A stretch of 64,000 bases of DNA, taken from positions 137,253 through 201,252 of the forward strand of contig CASGEC010000006.1 of NCBI GenBank assembly GCA_949300365.1, given 5' to 3'. The notes under the pieces are model-generated. The model saw nothing but the letters and a program-made list of their open reading frames with translations. It had not been told where the DNA came from and did no database searches. The translations under genes were made by a program, and so were the position numbers. This DNA comes from an uncultured Bacillota bacterium. Its GTDB lineage: Bacteria > Bacillota_I > Bacilli_A > RFN20 > CAG-288. How positions within the stretch are numbered: position 1 is the stretch's first letter; every line of letters begins with the position of its first letter. Shown here piece after piece: positions 18,748-28,766 of this stretch.

Positions 18748-19671
18748 CTACAGGAAGAAAAGAAGGATACCCGTAAACTGGAGGACGGTCCCGGCCAGAC
18801 AGAAGATATGGAAGATGAAGTGGAAGTAGCGCCGATAGCGGCCGATGGCATAGAGAATCGCACCGATGGTATAGGAAATGCCGCCGAAGAGGAATAAGAG
18901 ACATTTTGTCATGCCGACAGCTTCCCAGAGCTGCGGGAAGAAGCAGATGATGAGCCAACCTATAACGATATAAAGCAGATGGGAAATAACCTTAACGGGT
19001 TTCTTCCGCATCATTGTCGCATTTAAGACTACTCCGAGAATGGCAAGGAAACAGACAACGCCGACCACGCTATAGCCAATGGCGGGATAGATTGGAGCAA
19101 GCATCAATACGCAGACTGGGATGTAGGTGCCGGCGATGAGGACATAGATCGTGCAATGGTCCAAAACCTGGAAGACCGACTTTGCCTTGTTGAGTCCCAG
19201 GAAGTGGTAAATGGAAGACATGGCATAGAGGAAGATCATCGAGAAGCCATAGACCGCCATGCAGAGGATGGCCGCAATCCGATTGTCGGAAACGACAGGG
19301 CTTACGGCAGCAAAATAGATGCCCAGGATCGTGGCGACGATACCGAAGGCTCCCCCGACGATATGGGAGATGGCGTTCATCAGTTCTTCGCCCTGGGTAT
19401 AGGTCGGAAGGCGGAGTTCCTTTCTCTTCTTGGCGATGAGCTGGGCCTTTCTTTCCTTCATCGCCTCTTTCTCTTCCTTTGTCAGGCCACCGCTTCTTTC
19501 TTCTCGGCGTATCGCCTTGATTTCTTCCTTGATCTGCTTGAGGAAGGCCTTTCTTTCCTGAACGAGGGAGCGCTTGAGCTTGCGAAATTCGAGTTCCTTG
19601 TCCCGTATCTGCTCTTTGTAGGAGAGGATCCTTTCCTCAGGCCTTTGAATGTCTTTTTGTTCGTTTTCCAT
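18748..19671 (-). CDS. Hemolysin-III/PAQR-family membrane protein with a roughly 100-aa Lys/Glu-rich N-terminal extension
   Basis: C-terminal 7-TM core with NAISHIVG, SSIYHFL, LDHCTIYVLIAGTY and HIFCLAG. I prefer ATG 19671 (MENEQKD). The 30 upstream codons of the track ORF use A/T-ending codons and contain a TATAAT (19692-19687 on the minus strand). Confidence 0.8.
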   Translation of the reverse strand: MENEQKDIQRPEERILSYKEQIRDKELEFRKLKRSLVQERKAFLKQIKEEIKAIRREERSGGLTKEEKEAMKERKAQLIAKKRKELRLPTYTQGEELMNAISHIVGGAFGIVATILGIYFAAVSPVVSDNRIAAILCMAVYGFSMIFLYAMSSIYHFLGLNKAKSVFQVLDHCTIYVLIAGTYIPVCVLMLAPIYPAIGYSVVGVVCFLAILGVVLNATMMRKKPVKVISHLLYIVIGWLIICFFPQLWEAVGMTKCLLFLFGGISYTIGAILYAIGRYRRYFHFIFHIFCLAGTVLQFTGILLFFL

Positions 19672-19779
19672 GATTTGTGTTGCATTATTATACACTTCGA
19701 AAGGGAATGCTGAAGGCCTCTTCTTTTCTTTCACGAAACAAAAAGGGAAAAGACTGAGCATTCGGCCTGTGATTTCCTG

Positions 19780-19808
19780 TTGTAAAAACGGGGCTTGGAA
19801 TGGATAAT
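19780..19808 (+). promoter_or_regulatory. Putative promoter of the 19852 membrane-protein gene
   Basis: TTGTAA (19780-19785), a 17-nt spacer, then GATAAT (19803-19808). SD AAAGGTGA lies before ATG 19852. Confidence 0.5.
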
Positions 19809-19851
19809 ATTAAAGCTTTAATAACACGCCATTCATAAAGGTGAAAACACA

Positions 19852-21144
19852 ATGGGAAATATCGCTTATCTGCTGAAGTCGCTTTATAGCAACCAGGTCA
19901 TTCTCGAAGGACGGAAGAAGCCGTGGTACTTTACCCTCGTCTTTTTCGTCATCGGCATCTTCCTGCCCTGGATTCCGCTTCTCTCTTCTGGCTACACTTC
20001 CGATTCCTCGACCTTCATCACGGCAACCCAGAATTTCGAGATCGACAAGGGCCTGCTCATGCTTTCCGGGGAGAAGAGCTTCAACCAGGTCACCATCGGC
20101 AAAGACGGCGAGGAATATTTCCTGGATATGTCCGGTCTTTCCGAAGAAAACGCGGATACTTCCGCCACTTCCTGGCAGAACGAATACGACGGCCTCAACG
20201 AAAAGGAAATGGCTGTCGGTTACTATTCCGACAGTACGACTGCCCCGAGCGATGTCAAGGGTCAAGTCTTCACGGCCTGCTCCTATATCCAGGCCAATCC
20301 GGATTCCATCACGGGCCAAGGACAGAAATTCTATTTCGATGCCCTCATGATCGACAATGCAGAGTATCCGACGATCGATCCTTCCACGTCCTCTTCTTCC
20401 TCTTCCTCCTCAAACACGGAAATCGAATACGAGAATAACGGAAAAACGTATTTCCTTCTTGCCTATTACCTGCCGGATTTGGATACCACAAAGGATGATG
20501 GAGCCCAACTCCTTGTCAACTTCATCTATTCGGTTGTCCTCGGTGTCGATTCCTCCGATGGCAAGACCATTTCCCACTTCCCGCACTCCTATATCGTTTT
20601 CACCAAGGATTCCTTCAATCTCGTGACTTATTCCCTGCGTTCCGCCAAGACCAACAGCTATGGTACTTCCTACATGGATGGCCGCTTCAATGATGCTGTT
20701 TCGGAACAGGCTCCTGCTATTGGTACAGGACTTAAGGACTTCTTCTATCGCGACAATGCCGACAGGGATCAGGCCCTTGTGAACATCAAGGCCTTCTTCA
20801 ATGCCGGACATCGTCAGAACGTCATCCGGAGCACCTGGATCAACTGCGGAATCCTTGCTGCCATCTATGCCGGACTTGCCCTCCTCTCTTCGGGCATCGT
20901 CATGTTCCTCGTCAAGAGAAAGACGTCCATCTATCGTGAGACCAACTATTGGGAAGCCATCAAGATCTCTGTCACCCTCTGCTTCACGCCGGCCCTGCTT
21001 TCCATGATCGTTGGCTTCATGTCCTTCGAATACGGCGTTGGTGCCCTTGTCCTCTGCATCCTCTTCCGTGTCATCTGGATGAACAACAAGATCTGCCCGC
21101 CTGCCCCGACGGACAACAAACCTCTCTATCAGGCTCGACAGTAG
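19852..21144 (+). CDS. Hypothetical membrane protein: N-terminal TM, large extracytoplasmic region with a poly-Ser tract, C-terminal TM bundle
   Basis: 430 aa with host-like codon usage. Hydrophobic segments at the N-terminus and in the last ~110 aa. I recognise no family. Confidence 0.6.
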   Translation: MGNIAYLLKSLYSNQVILEGRKKPWYFTLVFFVIGIFLPWIPLLSSGYTSDSSTFITATQNFEIDKGLLMLSGEKSFNQVTIGKDGEEYFLDMSGLSEENADTSATSWQNEYDGLNEKEMAVGYYSDSTTAPSDVKGQVFTACSYIQANPDSITGQGQKFYFDALMIDNAEYPTIDPSTSSSSSSSSNTEIEYENNGKTYFLLAYYLPDLDTTKDDGAQLLVNFIYSVVLGVDSSDGKTISHFPHSYIVFTKDSFNLVTYSLRSAKTNSYGTSYMDGRFNDAVSEQAPAIGTGLKDFFYRDNADRDQALVNIKAFFNAGHRQNVIRSTWINCGILAAIYAGLALLSSGIVMFLVKRKTSIYRETNYWEAIKISVTLCFTPALLSMIVGFMSFEYGVGALVLCILFRVIWMNNKICPPAPTDNKPLYQARQ

Positions 21145-21219
21145 TCTTCCTTTTGACCCTAACGGCAAAACCGCTTATCGGCCAACCGAGGCTAGAAGGG
21201 GAGGAAAGGAGGTAAGACC

Positions 21220-22836
21220 ATGACCATGGGACGGGAATTCCTGAGCAAGCTGAAAGAATCCTGTGTTTCCATCCTTCCTATCATTCTTCTGATCATCATC
21301 CTCAATTTCGCTTCGGCAAGTTTTCGCTTGGACGAAGGCACCATGGCTGGACCGACCTTCGTTTCCTTTGTCGTCTCCGCAATCCCATTGCTTCTTGGCA
21401 TGACCCTATTCAACATGGGCGCCGAAAAGGCCATGGGAAAGATCGGCGAAGTCGTCGGTACGACCCTCACGAAGAGAAAGTCCTTGGCCCTTCTTGTCGT
21501 CATCGCCATTCTTCTGGGAACGTTGATGACCGTTGCCGAACCCGACCTCACCGTCCTCTCGCAAAGGCTTCTCCCGTCCGGACCGAACTGGCTTCTTGTC
21601 GCCGTCGCTGCTTTAGGCGTTGGCATCATGCTGGCCGTTGCCGTCATCCGCGTCATTCTCCAGAAATCCCTGAAGATCTGGGTCGTCATCGCCTATGGCC
21701 TTGTCTTTGCCCTCGGTTGCATGGCCGATCCCGACTTCTTCCCCATCGTCTTTGATTCCGGAGGCGCCACGACAAGCGCCATCTCCTCGCCTTTCATCAT
21801 CGCCTTCGGCGTCGGTATCGCCTCTGTTCGCGGCGGCCGCAATTCCGAGGATGATTCCTTCGGCTATGCCGGCATCTGCTCCCTCGGGCCTTTGATCACG
21901 GTCATGCTCCTTGGCATCTTCTTGGACAAGGGCTTCATCCTTGGCAACTTGACCACGGAGATCGATGCCATGACCAGCGACTCCCTGACTGTCTTTGCGG
22001 ATATCGGACCTTTCTATGCCAACCAGATCGTATCGGCCATCACCGACGTCAGCATCTCGATTTCGCCGATCGTCGTTTTCTTCTTCATCTACAACATCTT
22101 CCTCAAGCTTCGAAGCAAGGAGCTTCTCTCCATCATCGTCGGATTGGTCTATACCTATGTCGGTTTGGTTATCTTCCTCTTTGGTGCCAATGCCGGCTTC
22201 ATTCCTGTCGCCACGGCCTTGGGAAGCAATTTCGTCCATGTCGATGAATGGATCTTCCTGGTCTTCGGTGCCGTCATCGGCTGCTTGATCGTCATCGCCG
22301 AACCGGCTGTCCATGTCTTGGCAGACCAGGTTGCCGAAGTCACAAGAGGCACGATTCGGAAGGGTCAGGTCTTTGTCTCCCTTGCCATCGGTACCGGCCT
22401 TGCCGTCCTCTTCAATGTCATTCGCGTCGTCTACAACATCAACATGATCTACTTCGTGATCCCAATCTATATCTGCGGCTTTGTCCTGGCCTTCCTTGTC
22501 CCGGAGATCTATGTCGCCATCGCCTTTGATTCCACCGGCGTTGCTACCGGTACCCTTTCCTCCTGCTTCCTTCTTCCCCTCTTCATCGGCTATGTCAATC
22601 TCTCCTCCAACGGAGATGCCGACACGGTCTTGAAGGAAGGCTTTGGTATCATCGGCATGATCTCGACCATGCCCATCATCGCTATCGAGGCCTTGGGCCT
22701 TTATGGCGTCATCAAGAACAAGGTCGAGTACAGGAGAGCTCTTAAGAGAGTCATGGAGGTCGACGATGATCAGGTCATCCACCTGCCTCTTGGCGAAGGC
22801 GAAGTGAAGGAGAAAGAATATGGAATGGCTCAGTAA
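21220..22836 (+). CDS. DUF1538-family polytopic membrane protein
   Basis: 538 aa, very hydrophobic, with an internally duplicated pattern (AEPDLTVL ... IAEPAVHVLADQV) typical of DUF1538. Strong SD AAGGAGG lies 6-7 nt upstream. Confidence 0.7.
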   Translation: MTMGREFLSKLKESCVSILPIILLIIILNFASASFRLDEGTMAGPTFVSFVVSAIPLLLGMTLFNMGAEKAMGKIGEVVGTTLTKRKSLALLVVIAILLGTLMTVAEPDLTVLSQRLLPSGPNWLLVAVAALGVGIMLAVAVIRVILQKSLKIWVVIAYGLVFALGCMADPDFFPIVFDSGGATTSAISSPFIIAFGVGIASVRGGRNSEDDSFGYAGICSLGPLITVMLLGIFLDKGFILGNLTTEIDAMTSDSLTVFADIGPFYANQIVSAITDVSISISPIVVFFFIYNIFLKLRSKELLSIIVGLVYTYVGLVIFLFGANAGFIPVATALGSNFVHVDEWIFLVFGAVIGCLIVIAEPAVHVLADQVAEVTRGTIRKGQVFVSLAIGTGLAVLFNVIRVVYNINMIYFVIPIYICGFVLAFLVPEIYVAIAFDSTGVATGTLSSCFLLPLFIGYVNLSSNGDADTVLKEGFGIIGMISTMPIIAIEALGLYGVIKNKVEYRRALKRVMEVDDDQVIHLPLGEGEVKEKEYGMAQ

Positions 22837-23293
22837 ATTGCTCACGGGCCTGCGGAAAAAGGAAGAGAAGGCCCGGCGAAAGGCGGAAACAAGGCCGGAC
22901 AAGCCCTTTGACCAGAGGGAGAAGGTCCAGCCCCTTTCCCTTGTCGTGACGATCGTCAACAGGCATCAGGCGTCCTATTTCCTGGACAACTACCAGGAGA
23001 TCGGAGCCTCGCTGAACATGATCCTCTATGCCTACTCGATGCCACCGGAGGAGATCGTCAAGCTTCTGGGGGCCGATGCGACCAAGAAGGACATCATCCT
23101 GACCGTCACCCGGAACGAATACGTCCCCGAGATGCTCAAAAGGGCAAAAGAGCGCTTTGCCATATCCAAGGCCAGCAAGGGCATTGCCTTTGCCTGCCCC
23201 ATCGATTCCGTCTACGGCATTGCCGTCTACAAGTTCCTCTCCGATCAGAACAAGAATGCGAGGACCAGCGAAAATGGAAAACAGGACCGATAA
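22820..23293 (+). CDS. PII (GlnB)-like fold protein, divergent, with a basic N-terminal extension
   Basis: 157 aa. LSLVVTIVNRHQASYFLDNYQEIGASLNMILYAYS...KKDIILTVT...GIAFACPIDSVYG follows the beta-alpha-beta PII-like layout. Overlaps the DUF1538 gene by 17 nt. Confidence 0.55.
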   Translation: MEWLSKLLTGLRKKEEKARRKAETRPDKPFDQREKVQPLSLVVTIVNRHQASYFLDNYQEIGASLNMILYAYSMPPEEIVKLLGADATKKDIILTVTRNEYVPEMLKRAKERFAISKASKGIAFACPIDSVYGIAVYKFLSDQNKNARTSENGKQDR

Positions 23294-23612
23294 ATACGAC
23301 CTCATCATCGCCATCGTCAACAAGGGAACGACCGACCTTGTCATGAATGCCGCCAGGAAGGCCGGATCGACAGGCGGCACCATCACCGTTGCCAGAGGAA
23401 CGGGAAACCCTGACCTTGCCAAGTTCTATGGCCTTGCCATCCAACCGGAGAAGGAAATGGTCTTTATCGTCATCAAGCAGGAACTCAAGGAAAAGGTGAT
23501 GAAGGCCATCTATGACGAAGCCGGCCTTGAGACTGCCGGACAGGGAATCCTTTTCACCCTTCCCATCACCGATGCCGTCGGCTTGGAACCTCTGGGAATA
23601 CACGAAGAATAG
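23274..23612 (+). CDS. PII-family signal-transduction-like protein
   Basis: 112 aa from ATG 23274. YDLIIAIVNKGTTDLVMNAARKAGSTGGTITVARGTG...EKEMVFIVIK...GQGILFTLPITDAVG matches the PII-like pattern. The upstream part of the track ORF overlaps the previous gene out of frame. Confidence 0.7.
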   Translation: MENRTDKYDLIIAIVNKGTTDLVMNAARKAGSTGGTITVARGTGNPDLAKFYGLAIQPEKEMVFIVIKQELKEKVMKAIYDEAGLETAGQGILFTLPITDAVGLEPLGIHEE

Positions 23613-23970
23613 GACGACTCTTAAAGGAGCAAAAGGGAGGGGGCAGTTTCTGGCATGAATCCTGTTTTTAAAAATGAAAGCGATTTCATGAAAAAATAAA
23701 TAAAACAGAAGGGATTGTTTTCCTCCAAATTCCTTTTGTTTTGGAAGCAGTTTTATCAAAAATTGAAGTGTACATTCGACAACAAAAAGGCGAAAGAATA
23801 GCTTTTTAAAATTTTTAAGAGGTTGTTTATATATATTTTAAGTTAATTAAGAGATAATAATTTTTCCTTGATTTTTGCGTTTTCTCCTTAAAAACAGGCC
23901 TTTTTGTCGCCTTTTTTGAAATTGGGGGGCTTGCATATAATAGACGGGCTTTTGATTAAGGAGGGAATCT

Positions 23971-25872
23971 ATGAAACAAAGATTTTCTGTATTGGCTTTA
24001 GCACTGTTTTCCGTTTTCGGTCTTTCTTTGGCCTCATGCCAAAATTCTGGTGGAGCTTCCACAACGACCCCGGCTGGCGGCGAATCCACTCAAGGAACGA
24101 CCACCCCAGCTGCCGGAACCGAAATCAAGTCGATGACCTTCAAGAAGTATGAAGGCAATCCGGCTGTCGGCGAAGCTATCGATTTGGACGACTACATTCA
24201 GTTCACGGACACGAATGATCAAACAGTCGATCCTTCGACAATCGAATACGAAGTCACGATCCCTGAGAGCGCAAAGGAAATCGCCACTCTTGAAGGACAT
24301 GTTCTGACGTTCAAGAAAGAAGGCGAAGTCACTGCCCGTGCCACCTATGGCAGCATGACGGCAAACTTCTCCGTGGCGGCCTATTCCGAAGTAAAGAGCC
24401 GCTATGTCGACTACGTCAAGAACGTCACGAAGGACTATCTCCTCTCGCCTATTGGCACGATGCAGTATCAAGACGGATCCATTTATTTTGGTGCCCTTCC
24501 TACCGGCGTCATGCATAACACGAATTACTTCGCCTATAACTTCAGTGCTGAGATTCAAGGTGCCCCGGATGATTGGGAAGGTCTCTTCCAGGCTGGCGAT
24601 GGCACGTCCTATCAGTTCGTTGCCCCGACCCTGGGATCCGAACAGGACGAAATCCAGTTCGTGGGCGGAAGCACGGGTTACCCGATCAACCTCTACTACC
24701 TGAACATGGACTACCCGATTACCGGCTCCACTGTCACGACCCAGGAAAGCGTCATTCCCGAGGTTTGGAACGAAGCCTTCGGTGTCACCGGCGACGTCCT
24801 CTTCTTCGACGCAACGACACTGGATACCTTCCTCTCCAATTCTCTCGGCCTGAGCTTCAACGCTGGCTATGAACTCTATGGCGGTGAAATCGCCTTCGTC
24901 GATAATGCCAACTACCTTATCAACTATGGAACGAAAGTGACGACGGGAAGCTATCCTATCATCAACCTCCTCATTAAGGAGACCCTGACAGGGGAGATCT
25001 ATACCGGCGGCACCTATGCGCTCATCACCGATCCGGAAGCCCTGGGCATCAAAGGCATCGACACGGCCGTCCAGAACAAGTTCACTCCTGAGGCGGTCAA
25101 GGATCCGGGTGTCTCCACGATGTTTAGCAAAGCCGTCTCCGGCAAGAACTTCACCTTCGAAGTGGAGGGCTTCTGGTGCGACTGGTCGACTGGAGAGCCT
25201 ATCGCCGATGAAGAGATTGCCACGATCGATGGCGCGGATAGCCTTCCTGGTAACTTCAGCACGAAGAGCCTCTACACCGAGGATGGAATCCTTATCTCCG
25301 CGGGAGATGGCGATATCTTCACCGCTGGTTCCGGAGAAAATACTGTCTCCTTTGCCAACAAGGGCCAGGTTCTCTATCGTCCGACAGCCGATGGAACGGC
25401 GAGCGAAAGCTACAGCAATATGGTCACTGACGCTCAGGGAAGCATCACTGGCGTGAGCGACAAATTCACTGCCGAAACCATCGAAAACACCACCGGCGAC
25501 ATCTGGGCAGACTTCAGCGACATCACCCTTGATACCTGCGCCAAGGGCTTCGACAACGTCGTCATCTACATGGCTCAGCAGGCCTCTGCGGAAGAAGGCG
25601 GTTACTGGATGGTTCAGATCAGTCAGAATCCGGATGCCTTCCTCGGCGGACTCTTCAAGGCCATTCCGTTCATTGGAACGGGACTCGACCAGCAATTCTC
25701 CACTGTTCTGTCCGATGGCTCGTCCATGTACTCCATCACTTCGACAACCATTCTGTTCGATGAAGAGGTCATGGAAGTCCAAGTCAGTCTTAACTGGGAT
25801 GGCGTCTATGGCTATACCTTCGACTTCAGAATCTCCGACATCGGAGAAACCGTCCTCCCTTCCATTGAATAA
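23971..25872 (+). CDS. Surface lipoprotein, function unknown
   Basis: 633 aa. Signal peptide plus lipobox LSLASC. Strong SD AAGGAGGG. First gene of the Opp-containing cluster. Confidence 0.75.
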   Translation: MKQRFSVLALALFSVFGLSLASCQNSGGASTTTPAGGESTQGTTTPAAGTEIKSMTFKKYEGNPAVGEAIDLDDYIQFTDTNDQTVDPSTIEYEVTIPESAKEIATLEGHVLTFKKEGEVTARATYGSMTANFSVAAYSEVKSRYVDYVKNVTKDYLLSPIGTMQYQDGSIYFGALPTGVMHNTNYFAYNFSAEIQGAPDDWEGLFQAGDGTSYQFVAPTLGSEQDEIQFVGGSTGYPINLYYLNMDYPITGSTVTTQESVIPEVWNEAFGVTGDVLFFDATTLDTFLSNSLGLSFNAGYELYGGEIAFVDNANYLINYGTKVTTGSYPIINLLIKETLTGEIYTGGTYALITDPEALGIKGIDTAVQNKFTPEAVKDPGVSTMFSKAVSGKNFTFEVEGFWCDWSTGEPIADEEIATIDGADSLPGNFSTKSLYTEDGILISAGDGDIFTAGSGENTVSFANKGQVLYRPTADGTASESYSNMVTDAQGSITGVSDKFTAETIENTTGDIWADFSDITLDTCAKGFDNVVIYMAQQASAEEGGYWMVQISQNPDAFLGGLFKAIPFIGTGLDQQFSTVLSDGSSMYSITSTTILFDEEVMEVQVSLNWDGVYGYTFDFRISDIGETVLPSIE

Positions 25873-25890
25873 ATAAAGATTATGCGGGCA

Positions 25891-25920
25891 AAAGGGGAAG
25901 TTCGAAAGAGTTTCCCCTTT
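25891..25920 (+). terminator. Strong hairpin (attenuator or partial terminator) between the lipoprotein gene and oppA
   Basis: 9-bp stem AAAGGGGAA (25891-25899) / TTCCCCTTT (25912-25920) with a 12-nt loop. There is no extended U-tail beyond the stem and no room for a separate oppA promoter. Confidence 0.4.
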
Positions 25921-25946
25921 GCTTGCGTAAGGAAAGGATATCGTAA

Positions 25947-28646
25947 ATGAAAAAAAGATTCTCAACCGCATTTGCTCTTCTAGCCGCTCTCGGCGTTCTG
26001 GCTTCCTGCAATCCGGAAACCGGAAGCGATCCGACCACCAGCTACACCTACAACACCTACCTTGAGACAAACCCCAAGACATGGAACGTCCACAACTGGC
26101 AGACCAATGACGAGGCCTATGTCAACTCCTTCACCGAAATCGGCCTCTATGATGTCATCCTCAACCAAACGAAGGATGGCTACGAGTTCATGCCGGAGAT
26201 GGCAAGCGACCTCCCTGTCGAAATGAAGAACCCGAGCACGGAGCTTTCCGACGAAGAGTTGGATGCCTATTATGGCGACAACAACCCCGCTGCCGGCATG
26301 GTCTGGGATATCCCTCTTAACCAGAATGCCAAGTGGCAAAACGGCGATGCCATCACCTCTACCGACTATGTTGAATCCATGAAGAGACTTCTCGATCCTG
26401 AACTGGTCAACTATCGTGCCGATGGTTACTACAATGGCAACATGGTCATCGCCAACGCCGAAACCTACTACAAGCAGGGCCGTACCACGGTCGAGGCTGC
26501 CTATTCCTACATCGACTTGAACACCGGCGACCTGGATTCCAAGGCCGGTCAGGATGGAAAGTGGTACATCAATCTCGGTAAATACACCCCGTATGCCGGC
26601 ACCGTCTTCAGCAACGCCGATGACACGACGACGTTCTATACCGTTCTCAACAACCGCTCCAACAAGGAAAGCGACGCCATTGAACTCGCCGCCAAGAGAA
26701 TCACGACTTCCGTCGCCTACTACCTCCTCAATTGCGTCGATCGGACGGATGGAAAGTACAGTGCCTTCTTCGACAACAACAAGGCCGACTGGGAAAAGGC
26801 CGAGACACCGGCGGATGTCACCTCGACGATGCTTGAGAACCATCCGGATATCGAAATCACGGAATTCGACTATAGCGTCGTCAAGGTTCCTACCTCGCTG
26901 ACGGATTCCACGGCTACCGAGACCTATTCTTCCAGCATGCTCAAGAAGGATCTTCAGACCTTCGTCTCCGGCATCGGCCGCGGATCGGGTGCTACCAGCA
27001 AGGATTTCGCTTGGGAACTCCCGCTCTTCTGCTCCGTCTACAATGACGACAAGATGGATTGGAACAACGTTGGCATTCGCGCCATCGATGACTACACCAT
27101 CCGTCTCTATCTCTCCAAGGAAATCACCGAACTCAACCTCAAGTTCGCCCTTTCCTCCAACTGGCTCGTCCGCGTGGATCTCTATGACCAGCTGACGCAG
27201 AGCACCGGTGCCTCCACCAAGGCGACCAGCTATGCTACTTCCTCCATCAACAACTACATGTCCTATGGCCCCTACAAGCTGACGGCCTATGAAGCCGGAA
27301 AGACCATCACGATTGAGAGAAACGATCAGTGGTACGGATACACCGACGGCAAGCATGACGGTCAGTTCCAGATGACCAAGATCTATACGCAGATCATCAC
27401 CGACCACAATACGGCGATGACCCTCTTCAAGCAGGGCAAACTCGATGACATCACCCTCAACGCCACCGACATGAAGGAATTCGGATCTTCTTCCAGAAGG
27501 ACCACGACCTATGAGTCCTACACGCAGAAGATCACCTTCAACACCAATTGGGCCAAGCTACAGTCGCGCCAGGCCAGTGGCGGAAACAAGACCGTCCTGA
27601 GCAACATCAACTTCCGTAAGGGTCTCTCGCTTGGCATCGATAGAAATACACTTGCCGCTACCACAACCGCGGGATCCAAGGCCTTTACCGGATTGCTCAA
27701 TGACCTCTACCTTGCCGATGTCGAGAAGGGCACCTCCTTCCGCTCCACGGAACAGGGCAAATCCGTCTACAACGCCGTCTATGGAACCCTTGGCGGAGAT
27801 GGCCAAAGCAACACGGCCCTTGCCGAAAGCGAGAACGGATACAATGCCACGGCTGCCCGCTACTATGCTGCCCTCGGTGTCAAGGAAGAGCTTGAAAGCA
27901 CGAAGGAAGGCCACCTCAAGAAAGGCGACAAGATCTCGATCGAGCTTCGTGTCTACGATAGTGAATCCGAAACGACCGTCGCTCTCCGCAACTTCCTCAA
28001 CACCTCCTTCACTTCCGTCATCAATGCGGTCAACGAAGAGCTCGGCCTCACCGGAAAGGATGCCTTGTCCATCGAGCTGAAACTCCAGAAGGATGAGAAC
28101 TACTATGAGACCGCCAAGCAGGGCAACTTCGACATGATCTTCTCCATCTGGGGCGGTGCCGCTATCGATCCCTATCACATGATGCAGGTCTATTGCGATT
28201 CCACCTACGACTCCTGCTGCGAATACGGATTCAAGGGACAGCAGGACAAGGTCTATATCGGCATCGATGCCAATGGCGACGGAAAGATCGACGCTGTCGA
28301 TTCCAACAACGATGGCCAAATCGACTCCGGAACCGAGTGGAAGTCCTTCAACGCTTGGTACACCGAAATGGCCGACAACCTCACGGGCGAAGAGGATACC
28401 GAAAGAAGGCTCAACATCCTCGCCGGATTGGAAGCCGGAATCATCAACCGCTTCGAGGCCATCCCGCTTGTTGCCAGAGGCACGTCCTCTCTGACCTCCT
28501 TCAAGGTCGAGAACGCCACGGATGTCTATGTCTCCATGGTCGGCTACGGCGGTGTCCGCTTCATGACCTTCAACTACAACGATGCCGAGTGGGAAGCCTT
28601 CATCAAGGAGCAGGGAACCAATCTCGAAAACCTCTATAAGGCCTAA
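25947..28646 (+). CDS. oppA: Oligopeptide ABC transporter substrate-binding lipoprotein (family 5), enlarged
   Basis: 899 aa. Lipobox GVLASC. SBP_bac_5-like segments (WQNGDAITSTDYVESMKRLLDP, GPYKLTAYEAGKTITIERNDQWY). Lies directly upstream of oppBCDF. Confidence 0.8.
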   Translation: MKKRFSTAFALLAALGVLASCNPETGSDPTTSYTYNTYLETNPKTWNVHNWQTNDEAYVNSFTEIGLYDVILNQTKDGYEFMPEMASDLPVEMKNPSTELSDEELDAYYGDNNPAAGMVWDIPLNQNAKWQNGDAITSTDYVESMKRLLDPELVNYRADGYYNGNMVIANAETYYKQGRTTVEAAYSYIDLNTGDLDSKAGQDGKWYINLGKYTPYAGTVFSNADDTTTFYTVLNNRSNKESDAIELAAKRITTSVAYYLLNCVDRTDGKYSAFFDNNKADWEKAETPADVTSTMLENHPDIEITEFDYSVVKVPTSLTDSTATETYSSSMLKKDLQTFVSGIGRGSGATSKDFAWELPLFCSVYNDDKMDWNNVGIRAIDDYTIRLYLSKEITELNLKFALSSNWLVRVDLYDQLTQSTGASTKATSYATSSINNYMSYGPYKLTAYEAGKTITIERNDQWYGYTDGKHDGQFQMTKIYTQIITDHNTAMTLFKQGKLDDITLNATDMKEFGSSSRRTTTYESYTQKITFNTNWAKLQSRQASGGNKTVLSNINFRKGLSLGIDRNTLAATTTAGSKAFTGLLNDLYLADVEKGTSFRSTEQGKSVYNAVYGTLGGDGQSNTALAESENGYNATAARYYAALGVKEELESTKEGHLKKGDKISIELRVYDSESETTVALRNFLNTSFTSVINAVNEELGLTGKDALSIELKLQKDENYYETAKQGNFDMIFSIWGGAAIDPYHMMQVYCDSTYDSCCEYGFKGQQDKVYIGIDANGDGKIDAVDSNNDGQIDSGTEWKSFNAWYTEMADNLTGEEDTERRLNILAGLEAGIINRFEAIPLVARGTSSLTSFKVENATDVYVSMVGYGGVRFMTFNYNDAEWEAFIKEQGTNLENLYKA

Positions 28647-28674
28647 TCCACATTTTGCGAAACGCGAACATAGT

Positions 28675-28701
28675 GACGACATCGGGACGCCTGGTGTCGT
28701 T
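28675..28701 (+). terminator. Possible intra-operon attenuator hairpin between oppA and oppB
   Basis: Stem GACGACA (28675-28681) / TGTCGTT (28695-28701; 6 Watson-Crick pairs plus one G-U), followed by a T-rich stretch GCTATGTCTTTGTTTCTTCC. Confidence 0.3.
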
Positions 28702-28766
28702 GCTATGTCTTTGTTTCTTCCTACGATTGCCGTTAGACGACGAAAGAACATCTGAGAGAGAACAAT

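Noticed and set aside
23916-23941. TTGAAA ... TATAAT as the promoter of the lipoprotein/opp cluster
   Set aside because: The two hexamers are only 14 nt apart, which is incompatible with a standard sigma-70 spacer. A promoter is surely somewhere in the AT-rich 23613-23970 gap, but I cannot place it.
24034-26082. 682-aa minus-strand ORF opposite the 633-aa lipoprotein gene. The same applies to 25980-27407, 27558-28751, 31947-33320, 33712-34941, 34523-36601, 37798-39000, 12467-13705, 21613-22959, 110-1408, 53944-55734, 57908-59296 and 61379-62863.
   Set aside because: All are mirror ORFs of genes with recognisable sense-strand motifs. None has an independent ribosome-binding site that I could see.
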